DNA of 64,000 nt from Gallionellaceae bacterium (GCA_038925245.1 JBCKTZ010000002.1:11568-75567); one strand, 5' to 3'; counted from the stretch's first letter, positions 47,479-58,443 are shown. Made by a program: numbers and translations. The notes: a model not told the origin generated them from the letters alone.

Positions 47479-48452
47479 TCGCATATTTAATCCGCCGAAT
47501 TCTCTACGCCATCCCGATTTTAATCGGCGTCAATCTACTCACTTTCGCCCTGTTTTTTGTGATCAATACACCGGACGATATGGCACGCATGCAACTCGGG
47601 ATGAAGCGGGTAACACCCGAAGCCATCGACAAATGGAAACAGCAGCGCGGATACGACAAGCCGCTGCTGTATAACTCTGTGGCATCGGGAGCAGAAAAAC
47701 TGACAGACACAATTTTCTTCCAGAAATCCGCCAGCATGTTTGTGTTCGACTTTGGCTACTCCGATGACGGGCGCAGCATCAGCCGCGAGATTGTTACGCG
47801 CATGCTGCCCAGCCTGGTGATTGCATTGCCGACCTTTGTGGTGGGGCTATTGCTCTATATTACTTTTGCTTTATTCATGACGCTATTTCGCGGCACCCTG
47901 CTGGATGTGGCAGGTGTTACTTTGTGCGTGTTGCTGATGTCGATTTCCTCGCTGTTTTATATTATTGGCGGGCAGTTCATGGTGAGCAAGTTGTGGCACT
48001 GGGTGCCAATTTCCGGTTATGCGGGCGGTGTGGATAGTTTACGTTTTATCCTGTTGCCGGTGTTGATTGGCATCGTGGCGGGCATAGGAGCAAGCAGCCG
48101 CTGGTATCGCACGATTTTTCTGGAAGAGGTAGGGCGTGATTATGTGCGCACCGCGCGCGCCAAGGGCTTGTCCGAGTTGTGCGTGTTGTTTAAGCATGTG
48201 CTGAAGAATGCGATGATCCCCATTCTGACTGGGGTGGTGGCGGTGATCCCGCTGTTGTTCATGGGCAGCCTGCTGACTGAGTCATTTTTCGGTATTCCTG
48301 GGCTGGGCAGCTATACCATAGACGCGATACAGGCACAGGATTTTGGCGTGGTGCGCGCGATGGTATTCCTCGGTTCGGCACTCTATATCGTGGGGCTGAT
48401 CCTCACCGACATTTCCTATACCGTGGTTGATCCCAGAGTGAGGTTGCAATGA
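47475..48452 (+). CDS. yejB: ABC transporter permease (YejB-like)
   Basis: BPD_transp_1-type permease starting MIAYLIRRILYAIPILIGV, with an ATGA overlap onto the upstream gene. Confidence 0.85.
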   Translation: MIAYLIRRILYAIPILIGVNLLTFALFFVINTPDDMARMQLGMKRVTPEAIDKWKQQRGYDKPLLYNSVASGAEKLTDTIFFQKSASMFVFDFGYSDDGRSISREIVTRMLPSLVIALPTFVVGLLLYITFALFMTLFRGTLLDVAGVTLCVLLMSISSLFYIIGGQFMVSKLWHWVPISGYAGGVDSLRFILLPVLIGIVAGIGASSRWYRTIFLEEVGRDYVRTARAKGLSELCVLFKHVLKNAMIPILTGVVAVIPLLFMGSLLTESFFGIPGLGSYTIDAIQAQDFGVVRAMVFLGSALYIVGLILTDISYTVVDPRVRLQ

Positions 48453-49855
48453 GTTTCAAGCTGGTGATGTTGTGGACGGATACCATGATCTTCCTGTTGC
48501 TGGCGGTGGCGCTTACCGCTGCCTGGCTGATCAGGCAGCGTCCGCATCTGCTGTTGCCGTGGCAGCGTTTGTTCAAAAGCCGTGTCGGCATGGTATCGCT
48601 GCTGGTCTTGTCATTGTTTGTCGTGATCGGTTTACTTGATTCAATTCATTACCGGGTTGCCTTGCCTAATGACGGCAATGGCAAAACCGTGTATGCAGCA
48701 GAAGTGCTGAGCGTATTTGATACTGTGGTCAGCGATCTGCGCAGCCAAACCGAAAAAACCTATTCTGCACCGCTGGCTGTGTATCTCTTTGCAAAAGAGA
48801 GCATGGAGACAGCCGATGGACAAATTCTGCGTGATTACCCGAGACTGAAATATGGCGGTGCGCATCTGGCTGATCCGCAAAACGGGCATGTAAACGATGT
48901 GATCAAGCGTAGCCTGTATGGTGTATTTGCTGGCTGGCTGGGCGGTGTGTTGCTGGCCTTGCTGATCGTGAGCGTTGCTGCAGCGCGCAGTCGAACTACT
49001 GTACGTGCGTGGGTCGAAGCACGCCAGGACACACCACTTAATATAGTGCTTGCAACAATAGTGCTGCTCGCCATGCTGATCGGCTTAATTGCAAATCTTG
49101 CCGGTGCTTATCACGTGCTAGGCACGGATAAAGTCGGCCAGGATGTATTGTATCTGTCGCTGAAAAGCATACGCACCGGTCTGGTGATCGGCACTGTGAC
49201 CACGCTGGTGATGTTGCCGTTCGCGTTATTCCTGGGTTTGGCAGCGGGATATTTCCGTGGCTGGGTGGACGATGTGATTCAGTATATTTACACGGTGCTG
49301 AGTTCCATCCCCGGCGTGCTACTGATTGCCGCAGCAGTGCTGATGATGCAGGTGACGATAGAAAAACATGCTGAGTGGTTTTCTTCCTCGATCGAACGCG
49401 CCGACCTGCGCTTGCTACTCCTGTGTCTGATACTGGGCGTGACCAGCTGGACCGGCTTGTGCCGCTTGCTGCGCGGTGAAGCTCTGAAATTGCGCGAGCT
49501 GGAATATATACAGGCAGCGCAGTCTTTTGGCGTGTCTTCTACGCGTATCCTGTCGCGGCATATCCTGCCCAACGTCATGCATCTTGTATTGATCGCGGTG
49601 GTGATGGATTTCAGCGCGCTGGTGCTGGCTGAAGCGGTGTTGTCTTATGTCGGGGTGGGGGTTGATCCTTCGACCAATAGTTTCGGCACGCTGATCAACA
49701 ATGCGCGGCTTGAGATGGGACGCGAGCCCATGGTGTGGTGGACATTGGCAGCAGCTTTTAGCTTCATGTTGGTGCTGGTGCTGGCCGCCAACCTGTTTGC
49801 CGATGCCGTGCGCGATGCTTTTGATCCGCGCCTGAACCGTACGGGGGGCCTCTGA
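48449..49855 (+). CDS. yejE: ABC transporter permease (YejE-like, long N-terminal extension)
   Basis: The C-terminal half is a DppC/OppC-type permease, and the junctions overlap at both ends. Confidence 0.82.
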   Translation: MSFKLVMLWTDTMIFLLLAVALTAAWLIRQRPHLLLPWQRLFKSRVGMVSLLVLSLFVVIGLLDSIHYRVALPNDGNGKTVYAAEVLSVFDTVVSDLRSQTEKTYSAPLAVYLFAKESMETADGQILRDYPRLKYGGAHLADPQNGHVNDVIKRSLYGVFAGWLGGVLLALLIVSVAAARSRTTVRAWVEARQDTPLNIVLATIVLLAMLIGLIANLAGAYHVLGTDKVGQDVLYLSLKSIRTGLVIGTVTTLVMLPFALFLGLAAGYFRGWVDDVIQYIYTVLSSIPGVLLIAAAVLMMQVTIEKHAEWFSSSIERADLRLLLLCLILGVTSWTGLCRLLRGEALKLRELEYIQAAQSFGVSSTRILSRHILPNVMHLVLIAVVMDFSALVLAEAVLSYVGVGVDPSTNSFGTLINNARLEMGREPMVWWTLAAAFSFMLVLVLAANLFADAVRDAFDPRLNRTGGL

Positions 49856-51900
49856 TGTCGCTGCTCAAGGTCAATCACCTCGTTACTAGATTGCACAACG
49901 GTGCACATATCGTGGACGATATTTCCTTCGATATTCAAGCGGGAGAAACCTTCGCGCTGCTGGGCGAATCCGGCTGCGGCAAGTCGATGACGGCGCTGTC
50001 GTTGATGCGTTTGCTACCGGATGGCATCGGTATTGCCGGAGGTGAGGTAACGCTGGCGGGCGAGAATGTGTTGGCCCTGGCAGAACGTGATATGTGCAAA
50101 GTACGCGGCGGCCAGATCGCGATGATTTTTCAGGAACCCGGCTTGAGTCTGAATCCGGTAATGACCATAGGCGAGCAGATCGTCGAGGTGTTGGAACTGC
50201 ATCAGGGGATTAAAAATTCACAGGCTGAAGCACGTGCAATTGAACTGCTGCAACAGGTAGGCATTCCCGATGCACCGCAACGACTACACGAATATCCCTT
50301 CCAGCTTTCCGGCGGCATGAAACAGCGCGTGATGATCGCAATGGCACTGGCTGGCGAACCAAAATTGCTGATTGCAGATGAACCGACCACCGCATTGGAT
50401 GTGACGATACAGGCGCAGGTGCTGCAACTGCTACGCGACATACAGGCTAAAGATGGCATGGCCATGTTGCTGATCACGCACGACCTCGGCGTGGTGGCGC
50501 AGATGGCACACCATGTCGCGGTGATGTATGCGGGTCAAATTATCGAACAGGCGCCGCGTGCACAATTATTTGAAAAGCCACTGCACCCCTACACGCAAAA
50601 ACTGTTTGCTGCGCTGCCAGACACTCGGCACAAAGGCCAGATGTTGGCAGCAATACCGGGCAACGTGCCAGCCTTGGGAAAGGTCGTGCAAGGCTGCCGC
50701 TTTGCGCCGCGCTGTGACCGGGCATGGGCACTTTGCCATGAGCAGGCGCCGGAATTAACAGTATTGGAGAGTGGAGCAGGGATCAGGTGCCATCTTTATA
50801 ACGAGGAACAAGGGGCAAGGGACAAGGGGAAAAGTGATAGGAACAAGGTGCAAGGTACAAGGGACAAGGAGAAAGTGCAAATCCACGGGTTGGAATCTAG
50901 CCTTGAACCTTGCCCCTTGAGCCTTGAGCCTTCCTTGTTGAAGGTTGAAAACCTGGCAGTGCATTTCCCGATACGCAAAGGCATACTGCAACGTACCGTA
51001 GGCCATGTAAAAGCAGTGGATGGTGTCTCACTGCAAATCGGTGCGGGCCGCACTTTGGCATTGGTGGGCGAATCGGGTTGCGGAAAAACCACAGTAGGAA
51101 AGTCGTTGTTGCAGTTGATTAAGCCTACTGCAGGTAGCGTGCAATTTAATCAGAATGAAATGACCGGTTTAAATTCCCGGCAGTTGCGCGCATTGCGTGG
51201 CGGTATGCAAATGGTGTTTCAGGATCCTTATGCCTCGTTGAATCCGAAGATGCGTGTGGCGGAAATTTTGCAAGAGGGCATGGATGCCCTCGCCATCGGG
51301 CGCAACAGTGAAGAACGTCAACAGCGCATTGATGTGTTGCTCGATCAGGTCGGGCTGGCGCAGTCTGCCAAGTGGCGCTACCCGCATGAGTTTTCCGGCG
51401 GTCAGCGGCAACGCATTGCGATTGCGCGTGCACTGGCAGTCAATCCGAAGCTGCTGATTTGTGACGAGCCCACCAGTGCGCTTGATGTATCGGTCCAAGC
51501 ACAGATTTTGAACCTACTTAAATCATTGCAGCATGAGCTGGGCTTGAGCTATCTATTTATCACGCACAACTTGGCAGTGGTTGAATATATTGCAGACGAG
51601 GTGTGCGTGATGTATCTGGGGCGCATCGTTGAGCGCGGCACGGTAGATGAGGTGCTGCACAATGCACAGCATCCGTATACGCAAGCGTTGCTATCAGCAG
51701 TGCCGCGTATTGATGGAAATAGGGGGGAGGTAATACGTCTAACAGGTGAAATGCCATCCCCGGCCAAGCCGCCACAGGGTTGTTATTTCCATCCACGCTG
51801 CACCCATGTGATGGAAGTTTGCCGTGCCGAATATCCCGGGGCGAAGCAGCTGAGTGCAGCCCACGTTGTGCATTGTCATCTTTTTAATGGGCATGGCTGA
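49855..51900 (+). CDS. yejF: fused double ABC ATPase (YejF-like)
   Basis: Two complete ABC modules (GESGCGKS with LSGGMKQR, and GESGCGKT with FSGGQRQR), each followed by an oligopeptide C-terminal domain. Confidence 0.9.
   Translation: MSLLKVNHLVTRLHNGAHIVDDISFDIQAGETFALLGESGCGKSMTALSLMRLLPDGIGIAGGEVTLAGENVLALAERDMCKVRGGQIAMIFQEPGLSLNPVMTIGEQIVEVLELHQGIKNSQAEARAIELLQQVGIPDAPQRLHEYPFQLSGGMKQRVMIAMALAGEPKLLIADEPTTALDVTIQAQVLQLLRDIQAKDGMAMLLITHDLGVVAQMAHHVAVMYAGQIIEQAPRAQLFEKPLHPYTQKLFAALPDTRHKGQMLAAIPGNVPALGKVVQGCRFAPRCDRAWALCHEQAPELTVLESGAGIRCHLYNEEQGARDKGKSDRNKVQGTRDKEKVQIHGLESSLEPCPLSLEPSLLKVENLAVHFPIRKGILQRTVGHVKAVDGVSLQIGAGRTLALVGESGCGKTTVGKSLLQLIKPTAGSVQFNQNEMTGLNSRQLRALRGGMQMVFQDPYASLNPKMRVAEILQEGMDALAIGRNSEERQQRIDVLLDQVGLAQSAKWRYPHEFSGGQRQRIAIARALAVNPKLLICDEPTSALDVSVQAQILNLLKSLQHELGLSYLFITHNLAVVEYIADEVCVMYLGRIVERGTVDEVLHNAQHPYTQALLSAVPRIDGNRGEVIRLTGEMPSPAKPPQGCYFHPRCTHVMEVCRAEYPGAKQLSAAHVVHCHLFNGHG
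50805..50939. repeat. palindromic short-repeat element (GGAACAA/GGGGCAA/GGGACAA ... CCTTGCCCCTTGAGCCTTG) inside the yejF-like inter-domain linker
   Basis: The left arm is at 50805-50829, with further copies to 50870, and the inverse arm is at 50901-50939. It reads through in frame. Confidence 0.65.
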
Positions 51901-51942
51901 TAGAAAATAGTATTCATGCACTAAGCATGAATATGAGTGACA

Positions 51943-53556
51943 TTATATTTTTTTACGCGGAGTTGCTTTTTTCGTGTTGCTGGTCACCCGCTTGATATTC
52001 CGATTCGGCTTCGATGCGACTTGCGCAAGGGCTGGTTGCGCCACCAGAATATGTTGGCCTGCTCTGAGTATTTTTACCCCTTTGTTCCAGCTTTTCAGGC
52101 TGGCCAGCGTTACATGGTAGCGGCGGGCAATTCCATTCAGGGTGTCGCCTTTGCGTACAGTGTGTTTAATTGCAGTGTGTTTAATTGCAGTGTGTTTAAT
52201 TGCATCGAACAGTCTATTGTCTGTAGGCGGCAGATTGGTATTGAACGCGGTAAATTCATTTTCTGCTTGTTGGCCATTCAGCGGCACCAGCAGCGTTTGA
52301 CCGTTACTGGCTTTGACACTGCGGTGGATGCTGTTGACCGATCTCAGCTTCTCGGTAGTAATGCCATAACGGGAGGCGATGTTGTCCAGACCTGCACCTT
52401 TTTTGCTTGAGAAGGCCTGCCAGGAAACCAGTGGTTGATTTGCACTTTCCAGTTTGGCGAGGAAGATATTGACGCTTTCGACCGGTAATAATAATACGTC
52501 ACTGTGTTTTTTCAACATCACCGGGCGATTATGTGCAGGATTAAGTGCGGCAAACTCCTCCAATGAGATACCTGCCATCTCTGCGGCCAACTTCACGTCG
52601 ATATGGCGTGTGGTGGTGACTTCGGAAAAATAGGGTTTGTTTGGAATATTGGTCAGCACCAGACCAAAGCTTTCGGGACGGGCGATGATATTTTTGACCG
52701 CCATCAATTTTGGCACATATTGACGCGTCTCTTTGGGCAGTGTCAGGCTTGCATAATCTGTAGGTAGATTAAGTTTGCGGTTGCGGGCTTGCGCGCGCAT
52801 CACCCCATTTTCGCCGGCATTGTAGGCAGCCAGTGCAAGGTCCCACGAGCCAAACATCTTGTGCAATTTTTCTAGGTAATCGAGTGCGCCTTTGGTCGCG
52901 GTGACAACATCGCGCCGACCGTCATACCACCAGTTTTGCTCCATGCCGAAATTTTTTCCAGTAGACGGAATAAATTGCCAGATGCCGGATGCGCTGGCAG
53001 TAGAGAGGGCGCCGGGGTGAAAGGCGCTTTCTATCATCGGCAACAGGGCGATTTCCATAGGCATGCCGCGCTTATCAACCTCTTCAACGATGTGGTACAG
53101 GTAGCGGCGGGCTCGATCAGTCATGCGTTCCATATATGCCGGCCTTGCGGCGTACCATTTCTCGAAACTTGCAACGTGCTGGCTATCCTGTTCTGGCATC
53201 GCAAAGCCGTTACGGATGCGTTGCCACACATCAAGCTGATTAGCATTAGCTATGATGAACGGAGTAGTAGTTTGTGTTGATGCAGTGCTTGCGGTAGGTG
53301 GGGTTTTAATCCGTGGAGATACGGACTGTGCTGCAGGCAATGCTGATTGGGATGCTGTTTGAGTTGCAGTTGCGATCTGTTGTGTGACGGGTAGTGTCGG
53401 AGTAATTGTTGTTGCAGCGTGTAAAATATCTGCCTGTTTGGGGTGCTCTGCCGATTTATCAGCGGTTTGTTTGGAGGTTATTGATGCACAGCCAGTGAAT
53501 GCAACAATGCTGATTAAAACAGTAAGGGAGTGCAGAGAAAGTCGATTACTTAGCAT
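51943..53556 (-). CDS. mltD: membrane-bound lytic murein transglycosylase D-like (SLT domain plus LysM repeats)
   Basis: Lipobox FTGC, the SLT catalytic motif ...IESAFHP...SASGIWQF..., and C-terminal LysM modules. Confidence 0.85.
   Translation of the reverse strand: MLSNRLSLHSLTVLISIVAFTGCASITSKQTADKSAEHPKQADILHAATTITPTLPVTQQIATATQTASQSALPAAQSVSPRIKTPPTASTASTQTTTPFIIANANQLDVWQRIRNGFAMPEQDSQHVASFEKWYAARPAYMERMTDRARRYLYHIVEEVDKRGMPMEIALLPMIESAFHPGALSTASASGIWQFIPSTGKNFGMEQNWWYDGRRDVVTATKGALDYLEKLHKMFGSWDLALAAYNAGENGVMRAQARNRKLNLPTDYASLTLPKETRQYVPKLMAVKNIIARPESFGLVLTNIPNKPYFSEVTTTRHIDVKLAAEMAGISLEEFAALNPAHNRPVMLKKHSDVLLLPVESVNIFLAKLESANQPLVSWQAFSSKKGAGLDNIASRYGITTEKLRSVNSIHRSVKASNGQTLLVPLNGQQAENEFTAFNTNLPPTDNRLFDAIKHTAIKHTAIKHTVRKGDTLNGIARRYHVTLASLKSWNKGVKILRAGQHILVAQPALAQVASKPNRNIKRVTSNTKKATPRKKI
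52158..52202. repeat. perfect 15-bp tandem repeat x3 (CAGTGTGTTTAATTG) in frame within mltD
   Basis: It encodes AIKHT-AIKHT-AIKHT just before the last LysM domain. Confidence 0.85.
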
Positions 53557-53736
53557 AGTGAGTGCCCGGTAAATTATAAGTGCGTGGATAATAGTCGAGA
53601 GAGCAGGGAAGCGTCAAGGTTAAAATTGCCTGCAACCCCCGTCATTATTGAACAATTGTGCAGTAGTAGCATTGTATGAGGTATTTATTTTTTTGTGATT
53701 TAGCCTCAGAATGTCCAACTTTGTAAGCAAATAACA

Positions 53737-54930
53737 ATGAATCAACAAAATATCATCCGCTGCGATATTTTTTGCTCCGTAGTCGACAACTATGGCGATA
53801 TCGGCGTGTGTTGGCGCCTTGCCAAGCAATTCGCAAACGAATATGGCATGACAGTGCGCTTGTGGGTGGATGACCTGGCCAGTTTTCGCAAATTGTGCCC
53901 TGATATCGATCCTGCACAGCTTGTCCAGCAGAGTCGTGGCGTGGAGATTAGGCAATGGGGTATTCCCTTTGCCGAGGTTGCACCGGCGCAACTTGTAATA
54001 GAAGCGTTTGCTTGCGAGCTGCCTGAAAGTTATGTGCTGGCGATGGCAGCGCAAGCAGCTAAACCAGTGTGGCTGAATCTGGAATACCTCAGCGCCGAAG
54101 AGTGGGTAGCTGGTTGCCACGGGCTGCCTTCACCGCATCCGAACTTACCGTTGATCAAATACTTTTTCTTCCCCGGCTTCACCAGGGATGCCGGCGGTTT
54201 GCTGCTGGAACGAGATCTGCTGGCGCGGCGCGATGCCTTTCTGGCTGATGCAGCAGCGCAGGATAAATACTGGCAAGGGTTGGGTGTACCGGCACGACAA
54301 ACGGGCGAAATGCGGGTGTCGCTATTCAGTTATGAAAATCAGGAGACGCAAGGTTTGCTAGCTGCTTGGGCAGCGGGTGAGCAGCCATTGACCTGTCTTG
54401 TTCCGGAAGGGCGGATATTGCCGCAAGTTGCCAGTTTTTTCGGGCGACAGCAACTGGTGGCGGGGGATGTGGTTCAGCAGGGCAGTTTGCGCGCGCATGT
54501 GCTGCCGTTTGTCGAGCAGGAGGAGTACGACAAGCTGCTATGGGCATCTGACATCAACTTTGTGCGCGGTGAGGATTCTTGTGTGCGTGCGCAGTGGGCA
54601 GGCAAGCCATTTGTGTGGCACATCTATCCGCAGCATGATGGCGTGCATATAAAAAAACTGCACGCTCTGCAGGATCTGTATTCTATGGAATTGAAGCCGG
54701 ATAGCGCACGCGCTTTGCGTGCATTGTGGAATGCATGGAACGAAGGGGATTCAGCCAGCCAGCTTGGTATTATCGGCTGGACGCAAGTGTGGAATGATTT
54801 TCTGTTGCACCAGTCTACGCTCCAGCACCAAGCGAAAGCTTGGGAACAAAAGTTGTCTGCTAATAATCTTGCATTGAATTTACTGGATTTTTCGCGCAAA
54901 GTTGGTAGAATCGCCCCTTTCGAAAATTAG
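53737..54930 (+). CDS. earP: EF-P arginine rhamnosyltransferase EarP
   Basis: N-terminus CDIFCSVVDNYGDIGVCWRLAKQ is typical of EarP (DUF2331), and the gene sits directly upstream of efp. Confidence 0.85.
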   Translation: MNQQNIIRCDIFCSVVDNYGDIGVCWRLAKQFANEYGMTVRLWVDDLASFRKLCPDIDPAQLVQQSRGVEIRQWGIPFAEVAPAQLVIEAFACELPESYVLAMAAQAAKPVWLNLEYLSAEEWVAGCHGLPSPHPNLPLIKYFFFPGFTRDAGGLLLERDLLARRDAFLADAAAQDKYWQGLGVPARQTGEMRVSLFSYENQETQGLLAAWAAGEQPLTCLVPEGRILPQVASFFGRQQLVAGDVVQQGSLRAHVLPFVEQEEYDKLLWASDINFVRGEDSCVRAQWAGKPFVWHIYPQHDGVHIKKLHALQDLYSMELKPDSARALRALWNAWNEGDSASQLGIIGWTQVWNDFLLHQSTLQHQAKAWEQKLSANNLALNLLDFSRKVGRIAPFEN

Positions 54931-54948
54931 CATTAAGGCAGAATACAA

Positions 54949-55509
54949 ATGAAAATAGCTCAAGATCTCCGTGCAGGTAATGTTGTGATGGTTAGTGGCG
55001 CACCCATGGTTATTCAAAAGGCGGAATATAGCCGTTCTGGCCGTAGCGGCTCAGTGGTTAAAATGAAATTCAAGAATTTATTGACGGATGCCCCCAGTGA
55101 AAATATTTTCAGGGCTGACGACAAGTTTGAACAGGTTATGCTGGAGCGCAAGGAGTGCAACTATTCCTATTTCGCTGATCCGATGTATGTGTTCATGGAC
55201 ACTGAATTTAATCAATACGAAATTGAAAAAGACAATCTGGGTGACACTATTAATTACCTCGAAGATAACATGCCTTGTGAAGTGGTGTTTTATAACGACA
55301 AAGCGATTTCAGTTGAATTGGAAAATACCATCGTACGTGAAGTCATTTATACTGAACCGGCAGTACGTGGCGATACTTCAGGCAAGGTAATGAAGCCGGC
55401 CAAGATAAGTACCGGTTTTGAATTGCCTGTTGCCGCCTTTATTGAAATCGGCGACAAAATTGAAATCGACACACGTACCAATGAATTTAAGAAGCGCGTT
55501 TTATCGTAA
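54949..55509 (+). CDS. efp: elongation factor P (Arg-type loop, EarP-modified class)
   Basis: 186 aa EF-P. The loop sequence [17 protein letters not shown] carries Arg at the modification position. Confidence 0.93.
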   Translation: MKIAQDLRAGNVVMVSGAPMVIQKAEYSRSGRSGSVVKMKFKNLLTDAPSENIFRADDKFEQVMLERKECNYSYFADPMYVFMDTEFNQYEIEKDNLGDTINYLEDNMPCEVVFYNDKAISVELENTIVREVIYTEPAVRGDTSGKVMKPAKISTGFELPVAAFIEIGDKIEIDTRTNEFKKRVLS

Positions 55510-55534
55510 ATCAGTAATTGCTAAGCAAGTAATA

Positions 55535-55561
55535 AAAAAGCCGCTCATAGCGGCTTTTTTA
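55535..55561 (+). terminator. rho-independent terminator of efp
   Basis: AAAAAAGCCGC-TCAT-AGCGGCTTTTTT. Confidence 0.8.
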
Positions 55562-55595
55562 TTGCATTGCTTTGCTCTATTGTCTAGAGCTACCC

Positions 55596-56501
55596 TTATG
55601 TCAAAGTTTCAACGCTGTACTCCACCACCAGACGATGTGTCTCGCCAGGTGCAACATTCACCACGTTGCCAAATGCATTTCCGCTTTCAACGCAGACCAT
55701 GCCACGATGACCTTCATGACCAAAGTCGCCCATCTTGTCGGCTTTTTCTGTCCATGGATTCCACACCACAGTTGAATGGCTGTCTTGTTTGGTGATGCGG
55801 ATAGCGCGATTGAAGCCACGGTCTTCAATCACGCAATCGGCCGTGGTGTCGACGTAGACGCGATCCACTTCGCTTTCAATTACGATGCCGTCTTCCTGTG
55901 TTCGGGTTGCAGGCTCGCCCACTTTGTCCAGATAGGTGCAGCCTTCGAGACCGCGAATAGTCATTTGCGCAACGTCGCTGATATGGAAGTAAGTGTGCAG
56001 TGCTTCGCCCAGCGCGAAAGCTTGCTCGCCGCTGTTATGTGTCACCAGCTCTACACGCAGAGTTTTGCCCACGGTCATTTCAATTTGTACGCTGGATGGG
56101 TGCGGCCATTGTGCACGGGTTACTTCGGTATCGATCAGGCCAAAACTGATGAAAGTGGAGCCATCCGGCAGGGCTTTCGCTTCCAGTACTTCCCACATTA
56201 CTGTACGCGCATAGCCATGGCCGGGCAGCTTGGCATCGGTCGCGTGCGGACCAAACCACGGCCAGCAAATAGGTACACCGCCGCGTATGGATTTGCCTAC
56301 TGCGAATTTTGCGTATTTGGAGAGCCAGATAACCGGCTCATGACCATGAGGTTGGTACGTCATCAAATGTGCACCTTGCAGAGCAATGCTGGCGCTGGCG
56401 TGAGTGTTGTTGATCTCCGCTGCGATCAAGCCTCCGGCGATTTCATTGAACTTTAAATGGTTGTTGATGCCGAATTGCTGGTTGAGTTCTGCAAGTGTCA
56501 T
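55596..56501 (-). CDS. D-hexose-6-phosphate mutarotase (aldose 1-epimerase family, YeaD-like)
   Basis: IRGGVPICWPWFG and ...ALHTYF... motifs of the glucose-6-phosphate 1-epimerase family. Confidence 0.83.
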   Translation of the reverse strand: MTLAELNQQFGINNHLKFNEIAGGLIAAEINNTHASASIALQGAHLMTYQPHGHEPVIWLSKYAKFAVGKSIRGGVPICWPWFGPHATDAKLPGHGYARTVMWEVLEAKALPDGSTFISFGLIDTEVTRAQWPHPSSVQIEMTVGKTLRVELVTHNSGEQAFALGEALHTYFHISDVAQMTIRGLEGCTYLDKVGEPATRTQEDGIVIESEVDRVYVDTTADCVIEDRGFNRAIRITKQDSHSTVVWNPWTEKADKMGDFGHEGHRGMVCVESGNAFGNVVNVAPGETHRLVVEYSVETLT

Positions 56502-56596
56502 GGTTTGATCCTGTAGGTTAAGACGCGTATTTTCGCCGCAATCAGGATTAGGTGTCCAGATGAATTAATTGTAGAGGGTAATTTGTGCGGAACCAT

Positions 56597-56625
56597 CTTG
56601 AAATTTTCGCAGATGCCCCCATTTT
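56597..56625 (+). promoter_or_regulatory. sigma-32 (RpoH)-type heat-shock promoter upstream of htpX
   Basis: CTTGAAA (56597-56603), a ~13-nt spacer, then CCCCCATTTT (56616-56625). This fits the CTTGAA-N13-17-CCCCATNT consensus. Confidence 0.55.
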
Positions 56626-56688
56626 GATTCGGGAAGTTATACAAGATGGCGCGAGCTAGGTAAAGATCAGATTAATGGAGATAAGAAT

Positions 56689-57570
56689 ATGAAAAGAATA
56701 GGATTGTTTATAATAACTAACCTAGCGGTTCTAGTGGTGATCAGCATCACCTTGCGCTTGCTGGGCGTAGATAAGGTGCTGGATGAGAGCGGAGCGATCA
56801 AGTTTGATTCCTTGCTGATTCTGTCGACGGTGATCGGTTTTTCAGGCTCGATTATTTCGCTATTGATATCCAAGTGGTCGGCCAAGCGCATGATGGGCTT
56901 GCAGATGATTACCAATCCGATAGACCCAACCGAGCGTTGGGTGTTGGACACGGTAGCCCGTCAGGCCCATGCTGCCGGAATCGGCATGCCTGAAGTCGCC
57001 ATTTATGATTCGCCGGACGTAAATGCCTTTGCCACTGGCTGGAACCGCAACAATGCGCTGGTTGCGCTAAGCACAGGCCTGTTGCAGACCATGAGCCGTG
57101 ATGAAGCGGAGGCGGTGCTGGCACATGAGATCAGCCATGTGGCGAATGGCGATATGGTGACGCTGGCGCTGATACAGGGCGTGGTGAATACTTTTGTGAT
57201 CTTCTTTGCCAAATTGTTCGGTATCTTGGTCGATCGTGTGCTGCTTAAAAATGACGGGCGCAACGGCCCCGGCATTGGCGCTTTTGTTGCAGAAATGATT
57301 GCGCAAGTGGTATTGGGCGTATTAGCCAGCATCATCGTCAAGTGGTTTTCACGGCAGCGTGAATTCCGCGCTGATGCAGGTGGAGCCAGCCTAGCCGGGC
57401 GCAATAAAATGATCGCGGCGCTGGAAAAGTTGAAAGGTAACCATGAGCAGACACCACTACCCGAAAAAATAGCGGCTTTTGGCATCGCAGGTGCAAGCAG
57501 CTTTTCGCGTCTGTTCATGACGCACCCGCCGTTGGATGAGCGGATTGCAGCGTTGCGCGAGGGTCGTTAA
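56689..57570 (+). CDS. htpX: zinc metalloprotease HtpX
   Basis: HEISH zinc motif, four TM segments and full-length HtpX similarity. Confidence 0.93.
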   Translation: MKRIGLFIITNLAVLVVISITLRLLGVDKVLDESGAIKFDSLLILSTVIGFSGSIISLLISKWSAKRMMGLQMITNPIDPTERWVLDTVARQAHAAGIGMPEVAIYDSPDVNAFATGWNRNNALVALSTGLLQTMSRDEAEAVLAHEISHVANGDMVTLALIQGVVNTFVIFFAKLFGILVDRVLLKNDGRNGPGIGAFVAEMIAQVVLGVLASIIVKWFSRQREFRADAGGASLAGRNKMIAALEKLKGNHEQTPLPEKIAAFGIAGASSFSRLFMTHPPLDERIAALREGR

Positions 57571-57727
57571 ACTATCGCCGTTGTCAACCAAGGGATAGGT
57601 CGCGATTTATGTAATGAGCAATAATTAGTGAGCCGTAATACTTTTATGGTCTGCCGGAGCGCGGGCGTCCCGCCCGCATGCGGACAGGATGTCCGCGATC
57701 CCATTGTTGAATTCAGGCTCAACTGAA

Positions 57728-58420
57728 TTACTCATCGTCATCATATTTGATCTTAGGCGGATCACCGTCATGCACCAGGCTTTGGCGGCGCATCATATAG
57801 GCATCACGGATAAAGCTGTAACGATCCACTACCGTATCCTCAATAATTGTTTCCACATCGAGTAGCTGTACGCGCTGATCAACTTTACTGGTTACATATA
57901 AAGTATTGCGTACGGGAATATCTTCAATATTTTCAATGACACCGTAATAACTCTGCACCGCCGTGCCTGCGCCGTCACGCACCGAGCTTGGTCCCACGAA
58001 GGGCAAGACCAGATAAGGTCCACTGCCTACTCCCCAATGCCCCAAAGTCTGTCCAAAATCTTCATTTTGTTTTTCCAGGCTATGTGCGACATCAAACAGC
58101 CCAAAAACACCAAAGATGGTATTTACCCAAACACGGGTAAAGCTAGATCCGGCCTGCTTGAATTTGAATTGCAAAAGATTATTTCCGGTGACGAATATGT
58201 CGTCAATATTAGAAAAGAAATTGTGCGTCATTTTCTGGACACGGTCTGGCAAGACTGCTTTATAGCCTTTTGCAACCGGTTTGAGTACAGCCTTGTCCAG
58301 CGTGTCGTTAAAGCTGTACATGCTGCGGTTGAAGCCTTCAAATGGATCTTTGGGGTTATTGGAAGCACAGCCGCCAAGTGTCAGGCTGATAAGTAACAAA
58401 ACAGGTCGAATGATGGACAT
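57728..58420 (-). CDS. mlaA: phospholipid-transport lipoprotein MlaA (VacJ family)
   Basis: Lipobox LGGC, with DPFEGFNRSMYSFND and PVAKGY motifs. Confidence 0.88.
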   Translation of the reverse strand: MSIIRPVLLLISLTLGGCASNNPKDPFEGFNRSMYSFNDTLDKAVLKPVAKGYKAVLPDRVQKMTHNFFSNIDDIFVTGNNLLQFKFKQAGSSFTRVWVNTIFGVFGLFDVAHSLEKQNEDFGQTLGHWGVGSGPYLVLPFVGPSSVRDGAGTAVQSYYGVIENIEDIPVRNTLYVTSKVDQRVQLLDVETIIEDTVVDRYSFIRDAYMMRRQSLVHDGDPPKIKYDDDE

Positions 58421-58443
58421 GGTATATAGTTTTTCAGCTAAAA

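Noticed and set aside
53737-55509. The earP-efp pair as a possible novel modification system.
   Set aside because: It is the already described EF-P arginine rhamnosylation system of beta- and some gammaproteobacteria. It is annotated as a feature and is not novel.
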